A DNA stretch of 64,000 nt, taken from the NCBI GenBank assembly GCA_000182565.2, contig KQ257453.1. One strand, given 5' to 3'. Position numbers and translations under genes: made by a program. Below the pieces are notes generated by a model. It ran no database searches, was not told where the DNA came from, and was given only the letters and a program-made list of their open reading frames with translations. Positions 21,771-33,416 of this stretch are shown in pieces. This DNA comes from Spizellomyces punctatus DAOM BR117. Its lineage: Eukaryota. Numbering within the stretch: position 1 is the first letter of the stretch; each line of letters opens with the position of its first letter.

Positions 21771-24658
21771 ATGGAGGGCGAGGAAGGACAGAACTTTTCC
21801 GTTGATGATTTAAACAAGCGTGCGAATGCTTTTGCTGAGACGAACAATACTGAGGGTGTTCCTCTGCCACCATCTTATCCAGCTTCTGAGGACACAGGCA
21901 GTGAAGGTACGAGAACGCCATCAGAATACACTCCAGCTAGTACAAGGCCAGCGTCACCTGTGCCAGGATATGCGACTCTGGATGGAAACCAAGGTTGGGC
22001 GGAACCTGCACCTGCGGATGAAGATGAGGGAGACGACGGGGATGTGGAAACTCTCGAATCGGAAACGCCCTCAACATCCCGCGAATCCTCAGTTCCAACG
22101 ACTTCTTCCATGGAAGTCGACAGTCCCTTTTTGAGACATGCCCAATTAACGGCTGTTGATCCGATGACTACGGGAAGTACTCCGCGGGACTCCCCGCAGC
22201 CTGAACCCCAGCTCACGAGCCAACCCATTCAACAAACGTTTACTTTTGGGGGCAGTTTTGGAGGTTTTGCGGCTAACACGAGCTCGTCACAGCCATCGGT
22301 GCCCGTCGGAGGTAGCCAACCCATGACCACGGACGGGGTGTCAACCATGCAAACGGTACCTCCACCGGCAGCTGTGCCATCTTTTGGGAGTTCGGGAGGT
22401 TTCTCATGGGGTGGTCAACAAGCTGCGGTACCAACCACACTAGCCAAGCCACCCGCGCAAACTACGTCTTTCTTTGGTACGCCAGCTGTGAGTAAATCTC
22501 CAAGCAAACCTGCAGAAACCGGGTCGTTTTTGGCCAAACCTGCAACTGAGGCCGAGACTCCAGCATCTAAACCAACATTTTCATTCGGTGCTCCCCCGGA
22601 GTCTGCGGGTGCCAGCGTAAATGATAAACCTGCCTTCAATTTTCCCACCTTTGGGACCCCCACGCCGTTTTCGGGAGCTCTTGGGACACGTCACCAGCAA
22701 AACCCACATTTTCATTTGGTGGAGCTGCTCCATCTGCACTACCTGTGAACACGGACGCACCTATGAAGCCCACGCCGTTTTCGGGAGCTCTTGGGACCAC
22801 GTCACCAGCAAAATCCACATTTTCATTTGGTGGAGCTGCTCCATCTGCACTACCTGTGAACACGGACGCACCTATGAAGCCCACGCCGTTTTCGGGAGCT
22901 CTTGGGACCACGTCACCAGCAAAGTCCACATTTTCATTTGGTGGAGCTGCTCCATCTGCATTCCCTGTGAACACGGACGCACCTATGAAACTACCCCAAA
23001 ACGGCTTCAGCTCGAATGCTGTGCAGCTACCTACGCCCAACACAATGGGCGAAGGATACGCAAGTGGTAACTCGACTGAAAGTGGAACCTCGGGCCGGCG
23101 ACTGGCGAAACCAAAAGGTCGATTCAAACGTGCTGGGTTAGATGGCGCTCAGCCTGCTTCCCCTGCCTTTGGACCTACTCCCACGGGAGGCGCATCAGGA
23201 TTTTCTCAGCCGACGGGCACCGAGTCTACCTGGTCAAACCCAATACTTACTACAACACCATTGACAAAGACGGTGGCTCCCTCATTTACAGCCCAGGTAT
23301 GCGTAAAACTCTGCATGTGGTTCGTGATACGATGTGATGCTAATCTGAGCTTGGATTTGTGATAGGCCCCAGTTCCTACCAACGGTCGGACGACTGCTCC
23401 AAGCAGTAGCTCAAAGACTCCAACCGCACCTGGAAAATCTACCAGAGATGAAATCATCAGAAACCGCCAAAAGATTCGAGTTCTCAACGAGCAGTTCTTG
23501 GCACACGCTTCAGCGTCCGTTAAAGCGGACCCGATGGTCGATTTGGCGCCGACGATGGAAAGCTACCTGTCCTTTTTGAAAGGCATCATGGAGGAATTCA
23601 AAGAACTTGTAAAGAAATTTGATTCAGAGTCTCAGACAAGCGTGGGTGTGTCACGGAAACGTCAAGGCGAAGCGTTGGAAAAGGACAATGTCGACTTTGG
23701 GGGATCACACAAACGACGGGGTGACGATTTAGAGAAAGAGAATGTAGACCTTGAAAGCGGGTCTCGGAAGCGTCGGGGTGATGATTTTGAAAAAGAGGGG
23801 AACAACACTGCTCCCGCTTTCAAAAAGGTGCCTCAAATTTCGTTTGGATTGTCTCAGCCCACTGGGACGACGGTCGCTGCTCCGCCGCCGCCCTCGTCAT
23901 CCTCTGCAGGAGGATTTGGGTCTATTCCTGCAACTATGGGAGCACTGTTCACAGCTCCAGCCGCCACCGTAGCCCCGCCTCCCAATGAGCCTCAGTCACA
24001 GGCGACACCCAAAGTCCCGCAGTTCTCGTTTGGAGGCTTTCAGCCAACGGGAACGGGTGCCACTTCTGCAGCGCCTCCGGCGTCGTTTGGGAATTTCGGG
24101 TCTGCTGCAACGACTTCCAGTGCAGCTCCAACATTCAATGCTCCTGCCCCCGCAGGATTTTCGTTTTTCGGTAACACCCAATCCTCCGCGACTCCGGGAC
24201 CAGTCTCCTTCATCCCACCGCCGCAAACCCCATCAAACCCGTCCAATGATACCACTGAGGATGCTGACGACGATGAAGCTAACAAAGAGGAACAAATCGG
24301 TGATGCTCTGATGCGAGGCCAGGGTGAAGAGCAAGAACGCACGGTCCACGAAGTCCGAGCCAAAGTCTTTTCCTTTGACAAAGAGACTTCCCAATGGAAA
24401 CCAGCTGGTGTGGGGCAACTCAGAGTCAATAAGCACATTGAGACTGGCAAGGCAAGACTGTTACATCGGGCGGATGGCAGCGGACGTGTTCTGTTAAATG
24501 CGGCAGTGTATGAGGGAATGAAATTTACTCTCAAGGCGAATAATTTAAGCTTTGCTATTGTGTTGGAAGGAGGCGTGATGCAGCAGACGTTGGTTAGAGT
24601 TAAAGCTGAGAGCAATGCCACTGCGTTGTTGGAGGCTATTGAGCGCGCGCGAAAGTAA
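21771..24658 (+). CDS. NUP2: Nup2/Nup50-family nucleoporin (FxFG repeats, C-terminal Ran-binding domain), with a 1-nt frameshift at about 22688 as assembled
   Basis: FSFG/FG repeats. 'RRLAKPK'. 'LNEQF...DPMVDLAPTMESYL' (conserved Nup2/Nup50 helix motif). RanBD 'EVRAKVF...WKPAGVGQLRV...KARLLHRADGSGRVLLN'. Intron at 23297-23365. Confidence 0.8.
22661..22988 (+). repeat. Three near-identical tandem units (110, 111 and about 107 nt) encoding a 37-aa FSFG-containing repeat
   Basis: Units start with 'cacgccgttttcgggagctcttgggac' at 22661, 22771 and 22882. Confidence 0.95.
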
Positions 24659-24934
24659 CATGGATTTGACGAGTTGCGGCGTTTTTAACAGCAACATGGA
24701 GTCGAGTGAGTTGCGATTCCTTTTGCTAGGCAGTGATAATCTTTTGGCCACCCATTGGAGGGTAGGCTAGGATATTTTTTGTTTTTGTATACATCCCTGG
24801 TATTTACAAAACGAGTCTGCACTTTGCAACATTCTCCAAATCTTTGAAACCAAAAACTGGAACAGACTGGCTGTATGAATACAAATTGTCTGGGGTGATG
24901 TTCACTATTTTACAAACCAAAAAAAACTGGGTCC

Positions 24935-25796
24935 TTAAATCTCTTTGGCATGCACACCTGTTCCACCCAATGTCACCGACTCGTTCAACTTTTTCACAAA
25001 AGCATCGCCAAACGCAGAAGCCGAGGACGGATTTTGCCCCGACACCAACTCCCTATCCACTGTCACTTTACTCCCCATTGGGAAAGTCTCTTCGCACTTT
25101 AAGCCAGCCTTCTCCAACTCATCCACCAACTTGTACGGAAGTGTACCCCACCACATAATTTCATTCAACTTGTCCTCTGTATTCGAGTATGCAGTGACTT
25201 TGTACCCCGAATAGGGACACCCCTCTTCCGTCTTTGTAGACAATAGCGCAGCAGGTCCATGACAGATTGCCCCAGTAGGTTTAGCCATCCGATGAAAATG
25301 ACCCAAAATCCTCGCCAACTCCTTATCATTATGCAAATCCTGCATGGGCGCATGTCCACCTGGAATAAACACACCGACAAAGGTACTCAGATCGTCGTCC
25401 GTAAGGGAAGCAAATGGACGAGGAGACGCAAAGTTTGATTCAATCTTCATTTTGTCAATGAGTGCGTGTTCTCGTTCTCGTTCTTTGTAGTTGCCCAGAA
25501 ACCAAATCAAGAGTTCGGATATAGGGTCTTGAACTGGATGCGTTCCAGTTGGATTGGCAAACTGTATGTACAGTTAGACCAAAATGACTCTTTTTGAATT
25601 GATGGACTTACAGATACAGAAACTTTCTTGAATAACTCACCACAACATCGTACCCCGCTTCCAAAATCTTCATCAAAGGATGTCCCAACTCGGACAAAAA
25701 GTATCCTGTTTTCTGATCCTTGCCTTCCTTGAGGTGAATCGTGTTTGCTCCCGAAAGGATGATGAGGACTTTGCCTTTTGATGCAGTTTGAGCCAT
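24935..25796 (-). CDS. DJ-1/PfpI family, Hsp31-like glyoxalase III
   Basis: 'KVLIILSG...TGYFLSELGHP', 'VFIPGGHAPMQDL', catalytic 'AICHGPAAL', 'VDRELVSGQNPSS'. One intron at about 25564-25640. Confidence 0.9.
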
Positions 25797-25934
25797 GCTT
25801 TTGAAATTAGTGCGCTTTTTGGTTTTTGTTGTCTTTTGGATTTGGTTCAAAATGGGGATTGTTGATAAGTTTGGGAGGACGGAAAACGATCCTTTTTAAA
25901 TAAAGCATGTTTAAGCAAGAACAAGGCGTCGCAT

Positions 25935-25942
25935 TGACGTCA
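25935..25942. promoter_or_regulatory. CRE/ATF site (TGACGTCA) upstream of the Hsp31-like gene
   Basis: Perfect palindrome about 140 nt upstream of the ATG. Function is inferred only. Confidence 0.4.
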
Positions 25943-26443
25943 CGGACAAACAGGACGGGTGGCTGGTTCAGAGTCAAAAGGGATGGATGTGAGTGGAGAT
26001 GACTAGCCTTTTACTTTTTGGGAAGGGGACTCTGCGTTTAAACGACATTTTCAGCTTTCCGCTGAGGCCCTTCTTGTGTGTGTGTGTGCGTGTGTGCTTT
26101 TGGGGGCGAGCGTCGATGGATTTCCTTGACCAGCAAGTTGATTTCACGGCGGAATGACGTGAGGCTCGATCATGAATGCACTCTAATCGGGAGACCCAAC
26201 TTTCAAGAAATGGTCAAGACTAATAAACGCCTATATTTAAGCCATAAGCCAGTGCAATAATGCTGCAAATACGCCTGTACAGATTCTACATATCTACAAA
26301 TGATTCGAAATGCAAAAAAAAAATAATCAAGGACACCGCGGCCCAAACCCAAACTTGCTCTCTAGCGCTATATCACTGTCTAACCCCACACGCGAATCCC
26401 GGCTCTTTTGGTCCCGCTTGTCATTTACACCTAAATTTTACAT

Positions 26444-27519
26444 CTAAGGATTAAGTTCTTCCTGTGTCCAACTACCATCCTTCATCGCTTCATACAGCAT
26501 CCGAACTGGTGGTGCGACCGTGTTAGGCGTCCAATGCTCGACCCTTACGGCTTTCATGACCAAAAGACAGAAATTGTCCAATGCGCCGTTATGCACGCAT
26601 CGGAGCTCTTCTTCCTTGGACAATTGACCACCGTTTGTTGCAGCCCTTCCGTTGCCATTTACGAATCCACTCAAAGCACCAAACAGTCCAGTGGCCACGC
26701 CAGCATTTTCGTCCATAGCGTCCAGGCGTGTGTACTTGTAGCCAGTGTCAATACCCGTTGCACCCGTGAGGCGAACTGTTGGGGCCCGATATACGGAGCT
26801 ACCGTCTTTTGGAAGGGAGTGTTTGGATTCACCTGGGGCAGGCCAGGTGAAAGATGCTCGGAAAATGGGAGAGAGCCGCTTCCATTGTCGTAGGCGCTCT
26901 TGCTCCCAGAATTCGTCCGGATGTATATCAGAGTCGCCAATCGTGACCCGCCGTGGTGGGGCTCCAAATCTATGCGACATTGTTGGGGCTGCAACCATAT
27001 ACAGCCTGCCAGAGATGGTGAAGGATTCTCCAGTCTTGGGCATTTGCCTGTACGTAAAAAGCAGCTAATCAGCAACTATTGTAGTCGTCCGTAGAAATCA
27101 TTGGCTCCAATAATTACCAAAATATCTCGTGCGTTTGCGATCCTTTTACTACCGCCATCAGCTCTGCATTACGTGTTGCCGCCGAGAATAATAACACTTT
27201 GGGATCTGCCCGCAGAAAGTCTTGGAAAACGAGTCGCTGAATTTTGGGCACTCCGTTCGATTTTGCAGAGGCTATTTGAACGTACACTAGAAAGAATCGG
27301 TGGTGGTTGGTCAATCTTGAATCGCGTGAAAGCTCTTTTTCCCGTTTACATTGACCAATCTATGGCATCCCTTTTGGGAGGTGGTCGCCACAGCTATAAA
27401 TTCTTTTTATTCGGGCGTCAAACCTTACCTGGCTCGTTTTTTGTCTGATCATAGTTCTTCTTGTAGCTCCGAACCAACACGGGGTTCCACGCGGGAACGT
27501 CGTTATTGCCAGCAAGCAT
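26444..27519 (-). CDS. Pyridoxamine 5'-phosphate oxidase-like FMN-binding protein (Alr4036/Pyridox_oxase_2 type)
   Basis: 'PAWNPVL', 'VQIAS...GVPKIQRLVFQDF', 'EIFWQMPKTGESFTISGR', 'WEQERLRQWKRLSPIFRASFTWPAPG', 'ALDNFCLLV'. Confidence 0.8.
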
Positions 27520-27798
27520 GACCGTTCGTTACGCAACAATTTCCTGCTCAGCGAGAACTCGCTCTTTGTGATAAGCAGCCTGGAGAAGAAAATGGATGCG
27601 ACTTGACAGCAACCTCAAATCCGTTTCCTTCCCTTTCCGCCAGAGAAAGAGGCCGTGGCGTCCAAAAGCTCGTTTGAATTCAATTTCATTTTGTGCCGCG
27701 CTGACATAAGCAAACTCAGACGGGGGGAAAGCAACAGCAGAAAAGGAAACGCCAGACGTTCAAAACTAAAATATACATTTAACAACGGCCTTTTACAT

Positions 27799-30101
27799 CT
27801 AAGCAGGGATTTGCAAGAGTTGCATTTTGGTAGTGGTGCCTGGAAAGCAAGTAGTGTGAATATAAAAAGGTTGCACTTGCTCACTTTAGCGAAAGTAGTT
27901 GGTATAGTATACCTTCCAAGAATCCAATGTGCTGACCGGACGTCACAACTGCAACTTGCCCTGGTTGACACAAACCCAGCTCCACGGCATACTCTGCAAT
28001 AACCGTGTTAGAGTGGCACGACTGTGACAGTTCGATACATTATTGGACCATACTTAGTGTATCAGGAATCACAGTATCCGCAGTTCCTGTGTGGTAGTAG
28101 GGAACCAGCCCAAAGTTCACATTCAGTTGTCGTGCCGTTTGCGGAATCAGAGTGGCCGCCACCACTGGAATCTGTGGGCGGTACTTGGCAACCAAACGGG
28201 CAGTTCCTCCAAGCTCCGTAATGCAGACAATGATGGCAGCATCCACTTGCCGAGCTGCAAGAACCGCAGAAGAAGCGATACTCTCCGACACAGGGATAGG
28301 CTTTGGAATACTGCGCATGGTTTTGACTTGATACTCCAAGTAGTTGGTATTCTTTTCGGCCTGGTAGGCTATTCTGCGCATCGAGTCTACGGATTCCAAA
28401 ACGTATTCACCGATTGCAGTTTCACCAGAGAGGACCAATCCATCCACGCCATCCATAACCGCGTTGGCCTAAGTTTTACCATTAGCGCGGGTTGCCGTGT
28501 TGTAGCGCGTAGGTACCAGGATACTTACTACATCTGATTTACGCAATTAGACAAATGACAGTTCTTCGCGTTAGAAATCTCTATATGAACAATGCTCAGG
28601 TCAAGTCCTTACCGGCTGCTTCAGATCTGGAAAATACACATTATATAAGTAAATAGGATCCTAAATAGAGTATTCCTAGAGTAATGCCTTACCGTGATGG
28701 TCTGGGATTGGTTCTCATCGATTCAAGCATTTGGTTCGCCACCAGGATCGGCTTGCCTGCCACATTCGCCTTGAATGGACGCAAGGATAAGCATCATGTT
28801 TGATTCACACACGCAGCCCTTGGGTCCATAGCACTAACCATACTAATCATCTTCTTTTGGGCAACAGTCACCAAGTCCACATCAACCTCTGCGCCAAGAT
28901 AACCACGATCGATGACAATCCCGTCGGCCATTTTCAAAATACTTTCAAAGTTGTCCATGCCCCGTTTGTTCTCGATCTTCGCCAAAAGCTTTACCTTGTG
29001 ATTGCCGAGCAGCAATCTAAGGCAACGTTCAGTGAGCGACCAATTCAGGTGGCATCATACATCAACCATTCTGACCTCACTTCCTCCACATCGTCAATGT
29101 TCCGAATACATGAAACAGATATAAAGTCCACATTCTGCGCCATTGCGTACGAAATATCGGCCTTATCCTTGTCACTAACGGCTGGAAGGTCCTCAATGAC
29201 ATGACTTGGGAAGTTGATACCCTTATTTTCCCCCAAGATTCCTGTATTGCAGAGTACATCACCTCGCTGAGCGACAGATACGCTATAAAAGATGTAAATG
29301 TTCAACATACCGGTGTTGTCCACCTTGCACCGAATCGAATCCTCCAAACGTTCCACGACGGTAAATGACAGCAGTCCGTCGTCAATGTACATCTTGTCTC
29401 CCACTTTTACTAGCTCTTTCGTGTAGCTTGTAGAAATCTAGAAAAATTTCATATCAGACTTGGGCATGCCATTGGTCCGGAACATGTTGGCGTAGGTACC
29501 CTTGTGTTATCCCCCAAAAGGTCTGCATCATTCACAAAATAAAAGTCGTCGCCAGCTATTAACTGCACAGGCTCGCCATTCACCAATCTTCCACTCCTAT
29601 ATCATAGATCAGCCGATATTTGTTGATCGATGAGCATTCACTATCAGCAACACGGTATTGTACTATCCACACCCAACCCCAAGACACAAACCTAACTTTG
29701 GGCCCATTGATATCCAGCCAGGTTGCCACCTCAGCGGTACTTCCACTCTCCTGAAGATAAGTTCGAATATCGCTAATCACTTGTGTCGCAAACTCTTGAG
29801 TACAGTGACTCAGGTTCAACCGAGCAATGTTCATGCCGGCCTCCACGAGCTTCCCAATCATTTCTTTTGAGCATGACGCTGTTTCCACGGCATACCAATT
29901 AGTCTAAGCAAAACAAGGGCGAGCAGCAGTTGCATGCTTTAGGTTTACCTGGACCGATAGTGCAGACCACCTTTGTCCGCAAAATGTCGGACGAGTTGGC
30001 TACAGAGAGAATAGTTACGATGACCGCGCCATCAAACACAAGAAAAACGCTTCCTTACCATCCAAGTGTGCTGGATGAATGCGTCTGGAGAAGGCGACCA
30101 T
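27799..30101 (-). CDS. Pyruvate kinase-like protein with a divergent active site
   Basis: 'RTKVVCTIGP', 'AGMNIARLNLSH', 'DINGPKVR', 'IDDGLLSF', 'AKIEN', 'IDRGYLGAE', 'GKPILVANQMLESM', 'DVANAVMDGVDGLVLSGETAIG', 'ARLVAKYRP'. Many exons, including 14-nt and 5-nt microexons. Confidence 0.9.
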
Positions 30102-30371
30102 GATGGTATGTGAAATTGAACTACGATGCAAAAGTTTGGAGAGAGAATAACAATAATGCTGTTGAGCCAGGCGTATCCCAGCGATCGATGACGATGCCAC
30201 TGGGCACGTGCCACACCGCGATTTCATGAAGATATCGATGGCCAATGCTTTTGATCAACACATAATATAATTCATCGAAAATACAAAAACGAACTATGCA
30301 AGCATATATTTCAATCCCTTGACAAGAGATATACCATGAACAAACAACGACGAGACGTCGGTATCCGAGTT

Positions 30372-33236
30372 TCAGTCGATCTTCACATTTCTGTAGATGC
30401 GACGGATGAATCTCTCAGCCGCTAAATGTCCAACGGTACCCAGCAAGATGAGAAGACCAAAGCAGACTAGGCCAGTATAGCCAAAGTACCACGAGGTTTG
30501 GAAATATCCGTACATCCTGTAATTGAGAATTGCGATTAGCTTGTGCTTTGGAGCATTGACACAAATTGGGTGTACATCTACTCACTTGGTCCTGTAAACG
30601 AAATAGTAAATGGAATATAAAAACACGTACACAGCCGAAAACCCGCTTGACATAAAGGACGTCCAATGCCACCGGTGATCCTCCGAATTCAACAGTAGAT
30701 CTAAAACGGGTCGATTTTGGTTTAGCTTAATTCAACGACTACCATAACATGAGTCCCTACATGTTGACACGATCGAAACACATGCTGTAACAACGATCAA
30801 CATGACGAAAACCAGCTGGATAACTCATCAGAAAGAGGAGCATAGATAAAGAGTCATATTCATATCTTACCAGCATAAATCCGTATACATAGTATATCTT
30901 GATCGACCAGAATGACTGCACAATATGCCTGTTAGCATCATCGTTTACCGCAGGAGCAGCACAACATGAGAGCAAGCTCACCTGGAACACAAAGTAAATT
31001 TCGATGAAGATGGAACCAAATGGGAACAATCCTGCCAACGCCACCAGTACAGGGGGCTCCGCGTACCTACACAAGAGAGAGAGAGGGTCGATAAAAGAAT
31101 TCCACCAGCTGTAGTAAATGTGACAACTACAATACCATAACTTATCCGGAATTGGGCGGGGTATAGGATTTACGCGGCACGGGAAGTCTGGTGCTTTTCT
31201 AAAGTTTCGGCCGATAACGTAGCCGACTAACGTCAAGGGAAAGATTAAGAACAACCATATTGCCAAGATCGCCATCTGGAATGACATCGTCATTAGTCAG
31301 GTCCTATTGAACACGCAAGCCAACAAAGCTTTGGAACCGACGCTCACCATTGTGCCAAATGGGATAGCTCGAGATGAGGTGATTGAGATGGCCGCGAAGT
31401 TGACGATAAACGCAACAAGTGACACTGTTCCAGGCCACAGCGTCGCTGTCATTAACATCGTGCTCACCCAATTCTTCCCTAAGCAATTGCATACGGTAAG
31501 CAAAACAAGTAATCGATTTCACGACATGATTATCCACGAAATGCACCTCCATATTTGTTGTAAAACGACCCGCTTGAATATCCGCTCAACATGGACGTCA
31601 AGGCATAAATAAATATGGTAGCTGTCAACATCGTTGCGCGCCTACCGTAGAGCACCTGCTGTTAGAGTATTTCATTATGGTAAGAAGCTTCTGTTTACCA
31701 CGTACTCCAGGTATAGATCGCCAAGAATGGTATACAGGATCACGCAGATGGAAAGAACGCAGAGTTGTACACCTGTTCCGATAAAGGCCGAAAGTAGCGC
31801 AAGCCGGGTTGGGGCGCGGAAGACATCTCCATGAACGAGTTTCCATCCATACTCATCACCCAAGTCGCGGTCCTAGCGACGCAGAAAACGCTCAGTTCTT
31901 AACATCATCTTCTGTTCCACTGATGCTCGGGCGCGTTACCTACAAGATCTAAGAGCCCTTCCTCTCTGTCATACCGCGCGTAGTCGCGTCGCAGAGTGCG
32001 GAGTAGAATGATGCTGACCAATCCGGACAAGAAGATAACCATCATAAATGAGTTGAAGATGGAAAACCAATGAATCTGCCCAAGGAATTAGATTAGAAAC
32101 GAGGAGTGAGAAAGAGCAAGCAGTTTCCCCATGTACCTTGTGTTCAAAGAAATCCTGATCAAGATATCTATTGAAGCGTGTTGCAAACGATTGTGTGGTT
32201 GGGATAAATTCAACAGAGTAGGTAAACGGCACCGTCAATTCGGTGGATGTGTCGGTTTTTGCGGGCAAGGGGAACTTTTTGCTGCTGGTCATATTGTACT
32301 CAATGATCTAAGGAAATATTAGCCACTCGGTCCTTTTATACATCTCGTGTAATTTCGCGCGTTACCTTATCGTCGTTGTATGCTATTCTAAAGCTTTTGT
32401 GCGTAAACAAATACATGTTTTCTCCCTCAATTGTCCCTACGTAATCTAGAAACCAGATTAGACTGTCGACAAAGGGGCATCATCGTAGGATACAGTAAGG
32501 CACATACCCCATGCAGGCAAATCGTCCAGAAACATTTGATACCAATATTTATTAAGAATGGCGTGTCGGAAAAGCCGCACATCATCCGCATTCAGCTTCC
32601 TAGTGCACATCTTCCCTTTGTTGTTGTTCTCTGTAACCAATATTTAAAATCAATTTTGAGCAAGAATCACACTATTTGCACGACGCATTCATTTACCTCG
32701 AAACTTGATATCTAGTCCAGAGTTCACTAGCTGAACTCCAAGTAGCGCCTCGCCTACGGAAGACTAGTCAGTTCTGGGCCGTCCTGATGTTGGGCTACCG
32801 CATGTGAAAATTTCAAAGACAAACCCAGTGTTTCATGATGATGGTGGATTTCGGTTGAGCCCAGACAGAAAGGCAAGAAAAGAAATTCATATGCTAGAAA
32901 CTGAACGCTTAGATATATCGAGTGGTTAAGGGAGAGTGAATATCAAAGCACATACTTTCTTGTAAGTTGTCATATGGACTTGTACGAGATATAATAAACG
33001 CAGGTTAACATGAAAATTCCGCGAAAGGATCATATCTTACAACCCGTACCCAACTGTGTTCATCCAGACGACAACCTCTTCCCCTTTTTCATACTGGACC
33101 AGCAGTGAGTGGCACCGTCTCGAAATTTTAAAGTCTACCACAAATGCTTTACCTTGTGTGAATGCTCATCCGCATGTGCCCCCGCTGCTATTGAGAGCAG
33201 GACTATAGCTACTAGCAACCTGGCTTTGCGCATCAT
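30372..33236 (-). CDS. TM9SF3: Nonaspanin / endomembrane protein 70 (TM9SF3-like)
   Basis: Signal then 'ADEHSHK', '[11 protein letters not shown]', '[16 protein letters not shown]', '[13 protein letters not shown]', '[10 protein letters not shown]', and C-terminal 'IYRNVKID*'. Confidence 0.92.
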
Positions 33237-33416
33237 CTTCTGTGAGATGCTGCAACGGAGAGCAAATCGCAGCGTTTGCCGAATGCGCAGCACGATGACT
33301 CATGCACGTGACCGTAACTGTGCTATTTCAACCTTCTTGCGATCAAAGGCAAGAAAAGAACTAGTGTACAAAACACCTTTCGCCACATCCTCATCTACGC
33401 CCTCCCATCCAGTACC

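Noticed and set aside
32915..32935. TCCCTTAAC, a U12-like branch point, in a TM9SF3 intron
   Set aside because: The donor is GTATGT (U2-type), not RTATCCTT.
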